Origin: Salpingoeca rosetta
Lineage: Eukaryota > Protista > Choanoflagellata
Reading direction: 5' to 3'
Length of the DNA stretch: 64,000 nt
Assembly: GCA_033442325.1 (NCBI GenBank)
Contig: JAWQFM010000017.1
Span: 803,639 to 867,638 of the forward strand
Within the stretch, counting starts at the first letter, position 1, and each line of letters opens with the position of its first letter. The notes beneath the pieces were generated by a model. It did not search any database. It was not told where the DNA came from and saw only the letters and a list, made by a program, of their open reading frames with translations. Positions 40,124 to 61,826 of the stretch are shown piece by piece. A program made the position numbers and the translations under genes.

Positions 40124-42555
40124 ACACACACATACACACACACACACATACTCACTCACACATACACACATACACACACACACACGCATGCATGCACAAT
40201 TACATGCAGAACGCACGTCTGTGAATTCGGAGACAGTCTCTGGGTTGAGCTCCTCAACAAAGTTGGAGGGAACAAGACCCTGGCGGCCGTTGTGCTCTGC
40301 AAGGAAGAAGCCGTCCTCACCCACATCGCCCAGCACCTTGATCACCATGCCCTCCTTCAGCTCAAGCTCGTCCTCAAATGCGTCGTTTGGCGACATGGTC
40401 TCCGGGTCGTAGTCGTACAGTGCAACAAACAGCCGCACAGGTTGCTGGCCCTCCGCTGCCGCCTCCGCGAGCGACACCCCGGCATCGGCCTGCGCCTCGG
40501 GTGTGGGGCAGATGAACGTGAGCGGGCGAGAGGGCTCCGACTTTTCGCCCTCGTAGCCAACAGAGACAACCTGCACCGTGTACGTCTCGCCGGGCTGGTA
40601 CGCCTCCTCAATCTGGGCAATCGTGCACGTGGGGTCCACAATCTCCGCCACGTGCTGGTCGTTCATCTGCACGACATAGTGGTCCACGGGGTTGAGGTTG
40701 AGCGGAAGCTTCCACGTCACCACGGCGCAGTCGGGGCGGAGGTCGCTCAGTGCCAGCTCATCAGGGGGCAGCAGTGCATCTGCCTTCGCCTCGCCCTCGC
40801 CTTCTTTCTCTTCACCGGTCTGCATTGCCTCGTTAACGGCTGCAGAGCCCGTGGCGGCCGCTTCCTCCCCCATGAGCGCGCGCGCCTCCTCCTCCTCCTC
40901 AGGTGTCAGCTCGCCAAGGAAGTTGGAGGGAACAAGCCCGCGCTGCCCGTCCTCGTTCTCGCCAATGTAAAACCCATCCTCGTCCATCTCCCCAAACGTG
41001 CCGATGATGGTGCCGGCAATGAGCGTCAGCTCCTCGTCCGCCCCAAAGTCGTTGGGCGAGCTCACAAGCGGGTCGTAGTCGTACAGCGCGCGCCAAAACA
41101 TGTTCGGGCGCTGCGACGCGGGCGGCAGCTGCAGGGGTTCCACGACCTCCTCTTCCTCGTCCCGTTTGCGCTGTTCTTCTTCCTCCTCGCGCTTGCGCTG
41201 TTCTTGCTCCTCGCGCTCACGTGCAAGTCGCTCCTGCTCATCCTTCTCCTTTTGAATGCGTTCGGCCTCTTCCTTCTCCCTCTCAAGCCTCTCCTCCTCT
41301 TCCTTCTCCCTCTGCAGGCGCTCAGCTTCGGCCTTTGCCTCTTCCTCCTCACGCTTGAGCCTCTCTTCTTCCTCCTCGCGCTCGCGTTGCAGGCGGTCTT
41401 GCTCCTCCTTCTCCTTGCGAAGGCGCTCAGCCTCCTCTTCCTCTTCCCGCTTCCGCTTCTCTTCCTCTTCCCGCTTACGGGCTTCCTCTGCCTCACGTTC
41501 ACGTGCAAGCCTCTCCTCCTCTTCCTTCTCCTTCTGAAGCCTCTCTTCCTCCTCCTCCTTTTCCTTGCGGAGGCGCTCAGCTTCGGCCCTTGCTTCTTCT
41601 TCTTGACGCTTGCGCTTCTCCTCTTCCTCACGTTCACGCTGCAACCTCTCCTCCTCCTCTTCCTTCTCCCTCTGCAGGCGCTCAGCTTCGGCCTTTGCCT
41701 CTTCCTCCTCACGCTTGCGCTGTTGTTCTTCTTCCTCCTCGCGCTCGCGTTGCAGGCGGTCTTGCTCCTCCTTCTCCTTGCGAAGGAGCTCGGCCTCCTC
41801 TTCCTCTTCCCGCTTGCGCTTCTCTTCCTCCTCCCGCTTACGGGCCTCAAGCTGTGCTTTGTCTGCACAACCATGTCCACCATGACCAAAGCAAGAAGGG
41901 AAGGATGGGAATGAGCAAAATATCGTCTGCTGAGATGACGGCACGACAGCAATGCTGCGAACCCTTCCTCCGCGCACAGATAGAGGCAGCTCACAGGCGC
42001 GCAATAGCACAGACGGACGGACAGACAGCCAGACACACACACAATCACACAGGCAACCCTTGCTTGAGAACTGCTGAATGGTGTACCTTGCTTCAGCTTG
42101 GAGCCGCGACGGGCGCGTGCAGCAGCAACGGCAGCTGCAGCCGTCTCATCCCTGTGCGTCGGGCTCACGGGTGCCTCTTCCACCGTTGGTGAGACAGCGC
42201 CGGCAGCAGCAACAGCCTCGGCCTTGTCTGCCTCAGCCTTGTTGAGGGCAGCCTGCATGTCCTCAAGCTGCGAGCGAAGCGTGTCTGCCTCCTGTTGGGC
42301 GTCGTCGGCGCGCGTGTGTGCGGCCGCGCGTTCAGACTCTGCGCTCTGCAGCTGCTCCTCCAGCGATGCAATTTCGTCACGCAGGCGGGCCTCAGTCTGT
42401 ACACAGAAGGGGAGACGGGACGTTGGGGGGGGGGGCGGTGAGGGTGAGGGTTAATGCGTAAGGGGGATTGGAGGGAAGTTAAACAGCAGACGAATGGAAG
42501 GGTTGTTGCGAGTAGTTGTCGCCGACTGAGGCTGGATATGCAGCGACCACAATTG

Positions 42556-42586
<31 letters not shown>

Positions 42587-45445
42587 ACACACGCACACAC
42601 GCCATGTGAGCGCACCTGTGCAAGGGTGTCCTGAGCCTGCTGCCTGTCTTCGCTGGCCTTTGTCTCAGCAGCGGCAAGGTCGCCGTTCAGTGCGGCCACC
42701 TCATCCTCAAGCGCCGCAACCTTCGCCTCCAGTGCTGTCACCGTCTCCTGCTGGCTCGCGCCCTGCTGCGCCTCCTCCACAGCCTCTTCAAGCTGCTCAA
42801 CTGTCGCCTGTTGGGGGGGGGGGGGAGTGTGTTGCGCGTTGTGTGTGTATATTGTGTGTTTGTATGTTGTGTGTGGGTGTTTGGTGAGGGTGGGTGTTTG
42901 GTGAGTGAGCAACTGGGTGGAGAGCTGAGTCTGTGCGTGCGTGTGCGCAACGCGTTGAAGCCCAGAAAGCAGCGCACTCATCCCCACCACAGCACAAGCC
43001 AGTGTGTGGTTTGCGCACCTTGAGGTCTGCGACCTGTGCGGTGAGCGCCTCGTTCTGCTGCTTCAGTGGCGCAACGGCCGCCGCCTGCTCCTGCAGCCGC
43101 GACACATCCGCAGACAGTTCCGCATTGCGCGTCGCCAGCGTTGCGGTGTCAGCATCCTGCAAGCGGTTGGAGCGAGCATTGAGGGGGGGGGGGGGAAGCA
43201 AGGTGAGGTTGTGAATGGCACCGACTGAGCATTCACACGCGCACGCTCTGATGAACATTAGGACAGGAATTGCACACACACAAGCACTCCACGCATGTGT
43301 ACGTGTAACGCACCATGTCGACGGTCGCCCTGAGGGCGTCGTATTTGGACTGGAGGTCAACAATGGCTGCGCTGTTGGCCGGGTTGGCCCGCGCAAGCTG
43401 CGTAAACTGCTGCTGCGCCTGCACACACCCAAGGACGCAAGCAACGCAATACCAAAAAAATTATATAGGGAGGTGAACACACGCATTGTGGACGGCCATC
43501 ACGAACACGAATGTGAACGCGGCGAGAGGAAACAACACCAAGCAAGAAAACAGGAAAACAGGAAAACAGGCAGTCGGCCATCAACGGGAATAAGCCTGCC
43601 GCATATCGATGCCTCAACATACAACGCGATACACCACAACACCACCACCACCACCACCACAGCGTGCAGCCCCAACAACTGCCAAGGGCGATGAGCTAGG
43701 TGCGTACCTTGAGGAGCTCCCTGTTGAGCTGCCTGATGGTGTCCTCGTGGGAACGAATCATGGCCTTGAGGTCCGTCGCCTCTGCCCGCCGCGCTGCGCT
43801 CGTTTCCGCAGCCGCCTTCATGCTCTCAAGCTGCTTCATCGCCTTGGCCGCAGATGTCTCAGCCCTGACCACACGCGAGACACATTGGAGAAGGGGGGTT
43901 GAGGGTTGCATGACGTACCCGGAGGGTGAACAAAGAAGTGATGGTGGTGGTGGTGGTGGTGGTGGTGGTGGTGGTGGTGGGAAAGCAGCGAATGTCAAAC
44001 GCATGCGCGTTCAACATTTTCACACACACATCAAACACATACACACATACACACGCACACACACACACACACGAGGTGACGTACTGCTTGGCCTTGTTCT
44101 CAGCCGCCTCTGCGCGGGAGGCGAGACGCTTGTTGTCCGTGTCGGCCTTGGACTTGGAGCGACGAAGCGAGTCAACCTGCTCCGTGCGCTCGCTCAACAT
44201 CCGCTCAAGCTCAGCAACCCGCCGCTGTCGTCGTGGTGGTGGTGGTGGTGGTGATGATGGTGGTGTGTGTGTGTGTGTGTGTGTGAGCACAAAAGGAAGC
44301 ACACAAACAGCTGCAGAAACAAAGCACTGCACCAAGAACAACAAGAACAAGAACCACACAATCAGCAGCAGCAGCATGAACGGCACCTCGAGGCGCTTGT
44401 CCTCGGGCTGCGGCTTCGTTGGCGTGGGAATCTGTGTCTTCTTGGCTGTGACGTGTACACAACACAGGCAAACAACCGAAAGTGAGCGAGAGCAACCGAG
44501 AGCATGAGCGATCGCGAAGGGAAAAAAAAGGTAAAGCAAAACAAAACAAAACACGCATGCACATCAGACTGCTGATCCACGCAGAACCACATGAAAACAC
44601 AAGTACCACGACACTACACTACACGGCAAGCCAAACGACACACGACACAGGAATGATGCTCCATAGTGCACGCACAGCTCACCTCTTAGTGCACGTGCGC
44701 TCGACTCCGCCTTTTGCAAGAGCTGGCGCGTCTTCTGCAGCTCCTGGTTCACGGCATCGTTCTTGTTCTTCAACTTGAAGTTTTCGGACTGCAGGTCCTT
44801 GAGCTGCTGCTTGTCCCGCCGCAGCTGGTTGGTCAGGTTGCGCACCTTGCGTGTCAGGTCCTCCACGTTCTTGCCCGGGCTCGCTGCCGTGGACTTGGCG
44901 GGCGACACCGCCGCCACCGCCGCCTCTGCCCGCTGCTTCTCCAGCAGCGCCTCAAGCTCGTGCACGCGCGCGTTGAGGCGGCGAATGTCCCGCGCCTGGT
45001 CGCCGGCCTTGGCCTTGAGCTTCCGCAGCTCGGCCGCATCCGCCTTGCTCGGGGTGCGGGCGCGCTTGACAGTCGGGTCGGGCCCGTGGTTGGCTGGGTC
45101 GTACTGCCCAATGGCAGGCATGAGCTTCTTTGGCGTGCGCTTGCTCAGCGAATCCGCCGTCTTGTACCGCTGCATGTCCTCCTCAACCCGGCTCTACAAG
45201 CGGTTGCGCATGGGTGCATGTGTGTGTATGTGTGTGCAGTATGTAAGTATAGCCCTCAACCTCTCCCCCCCCCATTGCCTTTGTCTCGAACTCCCGCCCC
45301 TCCCCCTAAACACACATACACACAGGACTTGCGTATATGGCGCACCTTCTCTGCTGAGAGGCGGTCGTAGTTGCGGCGCAACGCCGAGAGCTCCGTCTGC
45401 AGATCCCGAATCTCCCGCTCCTTTTGCCGAAACTCAGACATCTGT

Positions 45446-45487
<42 letters not shown>

Positions 45488-46882
45488 GCACGGATCCACA
45501 TGCACGTGAAGGACGACAGGAGTCAGGCAATGGGATAACCGCGGCCATCATAGCAACGGCCACGACCACCATATATTGTGATCACCGCCCTAACCACCAC
45601 CACCACCATCGTCACCTCGTTCTTGAGGGAGGCGTTATTGTCCTTGCGGATCTTGTTGAGCTCCTCCAGGTGCTGCTGCCGCAGGTCCTTGATCTGCTCC
45701 GCCTTCTCCGCGTCGTGCTTGCACTTGGCGTCATACAGCCGCTCAAGCTGCACACAGTGTTTTTGAGTGTGTGTTGTGTGTTGTGAGAGTTGGTACATAA
45801 TTGGTTGTGTGCGCGCGTGTGATTGTTTGACAGACAACTCATCACCAGCACGCATAGGTTCGCGCCATGCCTACAAAAGCACAGCATATCACCCAGCACA
45901 CACGCACGCACACACACACACACACACACAGATCCCGAGCATGCGCGGCGTCTAACCCGTGCGAGCTGCTGTTCTGTGTCGAGCAGAGCGCGCTGGAGAG
46001 AGGAAATCTCGCCGCCAAGACGTGACTCAACCTCCTACACAGAGGCGACGGCAGCAACATGTCATCATCATCATCACCACAACGTATGAGAAAATGCAGC
46101 CGCTGAGGTAGTAGGGAATAGAATAGAGAACCACAGACAGGCAAACAGGCATGCAGATGGGCGGACAAACGCCAAACCAGAAACATACACACACACAGAC
46201 GCAAACCAAACACACACGCGCGCGCACACACAACGACGCCAAGGCAACGCACCGCTGCTGTCTCCTTCTTGACCTCCTCGCGAAGGGCATTCTCGGCCTC
46301 GAGGCGCTCCTGCTGCATCTGGCGGTGGCGGGCTGCCTCGGCCTCGTCGCGTTGCCGGATAATCTCCTCAACCTCGCGCTGGCGCTTGCGCTCCAGGTCT
46401 TCCTTCAGCCGCTTGATCTCCTGCGCGCGCTCCTTCAGCAGCTTCGTCTCCTGCTGCAGCAGGCGCTGGTTTTGCTCCATCTCAGATAGCTGCCGTGTCT
46501 CGTGGACAGCGGCAACTTTTTCCTTGTGCGCCTGCTGCGACTGCTTCTGCTCCGTGCGCAAAGCATTGCGGAGCTGCGTCGAGTTTACGCACGTGTGTTG
46601 TGTGTGTGTGTGTGTGTGTTGCGTGTGGGTACCCAATGCAACACACATGTGTGTGTCGCATGTACTGCGTGCAGTGCACAGTAGATATTGCGCTTCAAAG
46701 CTACCAAAACGCCACGGCACTACAGCAGGCGAGCATTCTGAGCTTCAATTCAGACACACCTCCATGATGCGATCCCGCATGGCCTGGTTGGAGCGCTTGA
46801 GGGATTCTGCGCGGTGCATGGAGTCCACCAGCGCAGTGCGCTCCACGATCGACGTGCGGTGCGAGCTCGCCGTCAGTGACAT
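39080..46882 (-). CDS. RIM-binding protein (RIM-BP)-like scaffold: long coiled coil, ER/K helix, SH3-FN3-SH3-SH3; multi-exon
   Basis: Three SH3 domains with the RIM-BP-type ALYDY...SPN insert (..[19 protein letters not shown]; ..[19 protein letters not shown]; ..DDDGFFK..GYVPGNF). One FN3 ([21 protein letters not shown]...[18 protein letters not shown]). Ends [12 protein letters not shown]. Start ATG is tentative. Confidence 0.8.
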
Positions 46883-46924
46883 GGCTGTGTGGTTGCTGGC
46901 GACACTGTTGGCAAGCACACGCAT

Positions 46925-46973
<49 letters not shown>
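46925..46973. repeat. (GAACAC)n hexamer repeat
   Basis: Direct reading. Confidence 0.9.
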
Positions 46974-46974
<1 letters not shown>

Positions 46975-47745
46975 GCACGCCTTGAGCTGGGTGAAGGATA
47001 GTGCTGGTGCACGAAAGACCCACAGAGGGGAAAGGCAAGGACATACACCTCAGACGAAAGCGCCCATGCTTTTCCTTTTTGGAGCAGTGTGCACCAAAAC
47101 GGGCGACGCACAGACAACAACAGACAAAAACCAGAAGCTGACGGCAAAGGAACCAAGGCACAAGCAGGAGGAAGGAAAGAACCACTGACAAAGAGCCGAC
47201 CTGGTTTGGTGAGACGGAGAGTTGCTGGTCCCAAGAACAACCGTGGTCGTCGAGGCTTGTTCACACGCGAGGTGCTGATATCGTGTCTCACGCACACACA
47301 CACACACGCGCGCGCGAAGCAAGAGAGCGACGAGCGAGCGAGTAAGCGAGCGAGTTCCAAACAACAAAACAACAACACCAGCACACAAGCACAAGCTGAC
47401 GTCTGCTGTTGTTGTGTGCGAGTGCTGTTTGGCTTCGCTTCTTGGGTTGATTGCTTTCACTGTGCTGGCTCGCTGCTTGGCGTATTTTTTTTTATTCTTG
47501 CCTTGGCCAAAGCGAAAACACGGAAGATTTAGCTGACTTTCCCGTACCCAGCCTGCAAAGCGCAAACTGCCTTGCTTGGAAGTTGAAGTGCTGCAATTGG
47601 CAAATCTCAGCGAATGCGCTGACAGCAAAGAAGGAGCAACCGCCAACACAGCAACACAGCAACTCGGCTTGGCTGTGGGTGTTTGCACCGTGTGTTGTGG
47701 TGTTGCTGTTGACACCCAGCAGAGCTTGGAAAGAGAAGACGGAGA

Positions 47746-47795
47746 AGAGAGACTACAGCAGAGAGAGACTACAGCAGAGAGAGACTACAGCAGAG
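47746..47795. repeat. 14-bp tandem repeat (AGAGAGACTACAGC) x3 upstream of the golgin ATG
   Basis: Direct reading. Confidence 0.85.
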
Positions 47796-47838
47796 AAGAC
47801 AGAAGAGAGGGAAGGAGGTTGAGTCGCACTCCACAAGC

Positions 47839-53837
<5,999 letters not shown>

Positions 53838-54222
53838 TGGCTGTGCTCCACTACTTCCAGGAAGGGCTGCGCGCGGGGACTTGAGAGAGGGAAGAGGGGT
53901 GCAGAAATTGATTGGTTGTTTGTCTACACAGTACAAAAGCTGCTTCTTGGTTTTGAATGTATATCAAGGTCAACAACGCAGAGAGACAGATGGGTGTGGA
54001 GAACGTGGCACAAACGGCCGCCATGGCACGGAGTAACATAGCAACAGAGCGCACATGTGGCTGTGGCTGTGGACCATGGTTTGGGCAGTAACAAGGTGGA
54101 AGGGAGGATGGAGAGAGGGAAAGAGCGCAATCCGTGCTTGCATGCACGCAATCACGCGTGTCGTAGATGACGTGCACCGAGTGATGGTAACGCGTGCGCA
54201 TGCAGGGCAGCGAGGTGGTTGG

Positions 54223-55960
<1,738 letters not shown>

Positions 55961-57267
55961 TGTGGTGGAGGGAGTTGGATCGGGGTTTTGGGATTAGGGA
56001 TTGGCAGCAGGACACGCCGTGCGAGCGAGCAAGCAAGCGCGTGGGTGACAGAGGACAGAAGGAAGATGAAGGAGAAGGAGGAGGAGAAGGAGGAAGAAGG
56101 AGGAGTGGAAGAAGAGCAATAAAACTGTGAGGTGATGAGGTGAATGCAGGGTTTGTTGTTGTTTTTGTTGTGTTTTGTGGTACTCTTGCCTCCCTGCTAT
56201 TGCCTCCTTCTTCTCTCCTTTTCTCTCTGCTGTTCTTCTGTCCTTCCCCTGCTTCTTGTTTGCCACCGCCGCCATCGCTGCCGCCAGTGACGACGACGAC
56301 TTGCCTCACTGATTGAGCAACCAGCCACTCGTCACACACAAACACACACACACACACGTTTTGCGATTGTTGATGGTCATCTTCTGTTATTTTTCCACTA
56401 TCACAACGCCACCCAACATCGCCAATATTCGCCACTGTTCGCTTCCTCTTGTGTTTCGTCAGCCAGGAAGGAATGTTTGCCTGGTGGCGAAAGAGCGAAT
56501 GCCTGAATGCAAAGCAAGTCCTTCTTGCAAGACAAGCAAAGCGAACAACATGAGTGCTGCTTGCTTGTTGATGACTTTGTGGTGGTCGTGTGGTTGCCAC
56601 CACACATTCACACACGCGAACACATCAAATGCCCACAAAGCAGAGAGAACCATCCCATCCCACTCACTCACTCAATCCCCCTTGCTTGCATGTGTGTGTG
56701 TGTGTGTGGTTGACAGCAATTGTTGCTTCAACTTGAAACCAGCACCAATACGTGCTCGTTTTCCTGACATTCATCCGTCACCAACCAGCCAACCGTCTCG
56801 CTGGCTGACTGTTCTTTCTGTCTCGCTTGCTGGTTGCTTGCACCTCCCTGCACACATCTACACACTGCTGCCCTTTCTTCTTCATTTCTTCATTTCATCC
56901 AACCACTCCAACCTTCAATGCAACAAAGCACCACACAGCTATCTCCGACAACGGTTTCCCCTTTCTTTCAACACGTACACACACAGTCATCAGTTACCCA
57001 GCGCGCCAAACCATCCATTCATCATCACACCACATCCCATCGATCAACGTCCACCCACCAATTCATCCACCCATCCATCCATTCATTCATTCATCGACAT
57101 CGGCATTGGCATCAGCATCAGCATTGGCATTGACGCCCATACCAGCCAGCCCGTTTGCTTGCCACATTCACATTGTTGCCGTGTCGCGCACGTGTGACGG
57201 ACAGACACATCAAGAGCTGCAAGCCAGCTGAAGCAACCACAACAGACAGCACCAACAGAACACAAAC

Positions 57268-58619
57268 ATGCGAAGCGTATGGCTGTTCACCACAACCACC
57301 GCCGTTGTCGCCAGTGTGCTGATTGCATTGCTGACAGCTCCTTCCGCCGCTGCTCGTAAGTCAAACGCACAGCATTCGGTGCGCATGTTCAGAACATGTG
57401 TTTGAGTGCGTCGTCGTGCGTCGTCGTCGTGTGATTGGCTCTGCTTCAGTCATGGTGTGCTGAAATATGATGCCGTGGTGAAACGTGAGGTAGTGAGGCG
57501 ACACTGTGTCGCATATCAACAAGTCACTCACACAGACACACATTCACACACACACACACACACACACATTCACACATTCACACACACGCGCACCACGACT
57601 TGACAGGCAACTACACGTGCTTCCGGACGTGTCCGCAGGGCAATTTGAGCGCGTGCGACACGGCGCTGGACAGCCAGCACGAGAACTGGTACATTGACGC
57701 CGCGCCAACAACCGCCTCCGTGCGCATTGCGGGCGACTGGCAGCACGTGGAGGATGATGGTGCGTCGCTGCAGGTGACCTCGTCCTCTGCGTATCTGGGC
57801 GGCTATTTCCTCGACGACAGGGACCAGGACAAGGGCGAGAAGAGCGTCACCTTCACCATGCGCGTGCCGCTGCCGGGCACCTACAAGGTCGTCCTGCTGC
57901 ACCCGGCGAGCGACGTTGCTGCCAGCGCCGTGCCCGTCGGCATCACCAGCTTCCAGGCCAACGACGTCGCCGTCGGCGTGGACCGCAAGGTTGACCAGCG
58001 CACACAGTCGCACCCAGACCTGGGCGGCACGTACCTGGGCACCTTCACCAACGTCTCCACCCACATCGTCGTCGCCGTCACCACCACCAACACCCACGTT
58101 GAGACAGACAACTTCCTCGGCAACCACGTGCTTGTGGACGGCCTTCTGCTGCAGCCCACCGAGGTCGACGTGTGCGGTCTCCTCACCACCACCACTACCA
58201 CAGCAGCATCGCAGAGCACGGGTGGTGGTGCGTCCACGGCAGGAAGAACTTCAACAGCGGAGGCGACGGCGGCGCCCGCAACAACCACGCGGCCTGGCCT
58301 GACGGCCGGTGGCAGCGCGACGTTCATTGAGTCTGACGCGTTCATCATCATCGCCTGCGCTGCGGGCTTCCTCATGGTGTGCGGGCTGATTGTGCTGGTG
58401 GTGATGTGGCGGGTCTCGCGCAACCGCAATGCCGTCGACGACAACAAGGACAAGGACGGCGACAAGAAGGCGCAGGGGGAGGGCGCGGTGGTGGAGGTGG
58501 ACGGAGAGCAGACGGGCGTCGTGCGCGCCGTCTCTGTTGCCATCATCGATGATGAGTTCCTGGACCAGGGCGCCATCTGGGAGTGGGATCGCGTCGACTG
58601 CAAGGACTCAAAGGCGTGA
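57268..58619 (+). CDS. Type I membrane protein with a golvesin/xanthan-lyase-CBM-like beta-sandwich ectodomain; exons 57268-57355 and 57607-58619
   Basis: Signal peptide exon spliced in frame. D..KGEKSVTFT...PGTYKV...VPV...VDQR...YLGTF...VLVDGL pattern. Thr-rich stalk, TM FIIIACAAGFLMVCGLIVLVVMW, short acidic tail. Confidence 0.75.
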
Positions 58620-59566
58620 TGTCGCCGCAGGGGTTTGAGTTGGGGAGACGAAAGACGGGAGTGTTCACTGGGTGGATTTTGGTGGTGGTGGTAGTGGTGG
58701 TGGTGGTGGTGATGGTTATGGGTGTTGGGTGGTTGTTGATGGTAGTGCGTGACAGTGGGTGATACTTGCTGTTCTGCTTTGATTTGATTTTTAATTGACC
58801 CTGTCTGTACATCACATTACATTACATGACATGCATGCACGTGTCGTACTTCTGCTTCTGTTAGTCTGTAGATGCGGTACATTCATCAGAGAACGCGTGT
58901 TGCTGTTTTATTTCAGGTGTGATGCATGTCTTCTTTCTCCGATAGATCTTGTTCCCGCAGCACCATGGCGTTGCGTGTGTATGCGGTGGATGGCACTGAA
59001 TGAACGAAACACACACAAGCAAGCGAAAGCAAGCCAAGCAAAAGTCGAAACACCAAAGCGAAGCCTGCACTGTCTCAATTGAGATGGCTTGGGCTTTTCA
59101 TTGTCGCTTGAGTTGTCTGGCCTGCTTCTCTCCCCATGGTGGTTGCCACCTCGTTTCTGTGAACACATCCACCTCTTCGTCCCTTGGCATCGTGTCACTC
59201 TTCGTGTTGAAGCAGCAGTGGTGTTCATTTGGTCGTTCACGTCAGCAAGGGAACCAGTTCAGAGTCGATCAAACAAACAAACAACCCAACGCCATGAGGC
59301 GAGCAAGCGAGCATGCACATGCGCATTATGCCACACAGACAATCGGTGAGTAGTGCCACGAACAACTCTACCACATGTACAGCCAGCCACAACGACACAA
59401 ACCCAGCACTACCAATGTACAGCCACAGGCATCATTTCAGTGGACACAACTCAAGTACACGCGTGTACACATGAACACACAAACATACACAAACATACAC
59501 AAACACCCCCAACACGTACACATACACACATGCGCACACAGATACGCACACACGCACACGCGCACA

Positions 59567-60502
59567 TCACACGTCGACGTCTTCGTCTGCCTCTGTCGGC
59601 TCAAGCTGGAACACCTGCTCTGCGCGCGGGCGGCTGTGCTCTTTCTTGCGGCGGCCACGAAGCGACAACTTGCGTTCAAGCTCTGCCATTGTCGGGCCAT
59701 CGTCGCCATCGTCACCCTCGTCATCTGCATCGCGCGATGACGTGATGTCGTCATTGTGGCGCCTGCTCCGGGATGATGGCGCTGTGGACTGCGAGCCCTC
59801 CTGAGGTTGTGTGGCGGTGCCGGTGGCGGCATTGCGTGCTTGCTGCTCTTCTGCGCCTTCGTCAGAGCCATGGTGGTGATGATGATGGTGGTGGTGATGG
59901 TGGTGATGCTCCTTGCTGCCATCATCATCCTCGTTGCCCTCGTGGCAATGGTGGTGGTGGTGGTGGTGGTGGTGGTGGTGGTGTTCCTCACCATTATTGT
60001 CACCATCATCATCATCACCTTTGCTCCCGCCTTCCACAACATGGACTTCCCTGCCTGCCTCGTGTGGTGGCTGCTCTGGCTGCTGTGCGGAGGTGTTGGC
60101 TGGGGCAGCCTCTTCTGTCCGCTTCGACCTGCTCCTTGACTTGTCCTTCTTCTCCTTCTTCGTGCTGCGGTCTGTCTTCTTCTTCTTCTTCCTCTCGGCA
60201 GCAGCAGCGTCCCCGTCCTTCGCTGACACATCCCTCCTGATTTCACTGGCGCTCTCTTCCTTCGGCGCCTTTGACGGTGTTGCCACTGCACCACCATCAC
60301 CAGCACCGTCACCGCCATCGTCAATGCCCGAGAACAGGTCGTCAATCAGGCCCGTCACCTCCTGCAGCCGCTCCGCGCCCTCAAAGCACAGCACCAGCAC
60401 AGAGATGTTGTCCGTGCTGTCAAGGAAAGGTGTCATGGATGTGTGTGTGTGTGTGTGTGTGGTGGTGGGGGGGGCACGGGATGAGTGCGCGCGTGCGTGT
60501 GC

Positions 60503-60533
<31 letters not shown>

Positions 60534-60992
60534 TGTATGTGTGTGTGTGTGTGTGTGCGTGTGTGCGTGTGTGCGTGTGTGCGTGCGTGTGTGTGTGTGT
60601 GTGTGTGTATGCGTGTGTGTGTGTGTGTTCGTGTTTGTGTTTGTGTGTGTGTGTGTGTGTGTGTTTATGTTTGTGTGTGTGTGTGTGTGTGCGTGTATGT
60701 GTGTGTGCGTGCGTGCAGGATACAGTAAATGTGCGTTGTGTGTATGTGGTGTGGAGGATCTGTGCCTTCGCCAGCACAGTCATCAATCACCCAATGCCAG
60801 TGCACGACACGTGCTCACCTCTTGCGGTACAGCGCGTCCTTGGCGACAACGCCCGCAACAGCAGATAGCGAGCGCTCGCCTGCATACATATGCGCACGTG
60901 TAGGGTAAGGGGTGAACGGCATGGTGTCATAACACAGGACAAGACAGCAGCCTTCGCAAACAACCCACTGCACAAGTACAACCCACTGCACA

Positions 60993-61073
<81 letters not shown>

Positions 61074-61715
61074 CCCAAACACGAGCAAGGGGCAACGCAA
61101 GCGTCATTCCGGTTGCCCTGAAAGGCATGCACGTACGGAGGAGGGCCTCGCGAACGAGGTTGATAACGGTCTTGGATCGCAGAACATCAAACACGCCATC
61201 GCAGGCGAGCGTGATAAACTCGTCGTACTTGTCCCGGCGCAGAATCGTCACGTCCTGGCACAGGATGGAGGGCGGAAGAGGCCACGGTGAGAGTTGGTGA
61301 AGGCGGAGGATGGAGCATGAGGTGGACGGTGAGAAGGGATCAGGGAGGGAAGCATGGGCGCACAGTGGCCCGCATACTGACACGTCCACACACGCACACA
61401 CACAAACACACACACGCACACACACGCGCGCGCACATATACACACACACACACATACTACAAGTAGCACACGAAAGCAACCCATGGCCCAACCGGGATGC
61501 ACGTGACGAGGTGTTCCTTGGGCAACTCCTCCGGGTCCTTGAACATGAAATCGCCAAACGCGCGGGAAACGCCCAGGACGGCACACACGCGATCGCCGGC
61601 GACAAATCCGCCGCCAGCCTCAATGCGCTGTCGCTCCGGTATCTCAGACGGTTTGTGGTCGTGCGTTTCAAACGCAAGATGCTGGCCCCGCGCTGCATAG
61701 GCAGGCGCGTTGTGT

Positions 61716-61771
<56 letters not shown>

Positions 61772-61790
61772 TGTGTGTGTGTGTGTGTGC

Positions 61791-61826
<36 letters not shown>

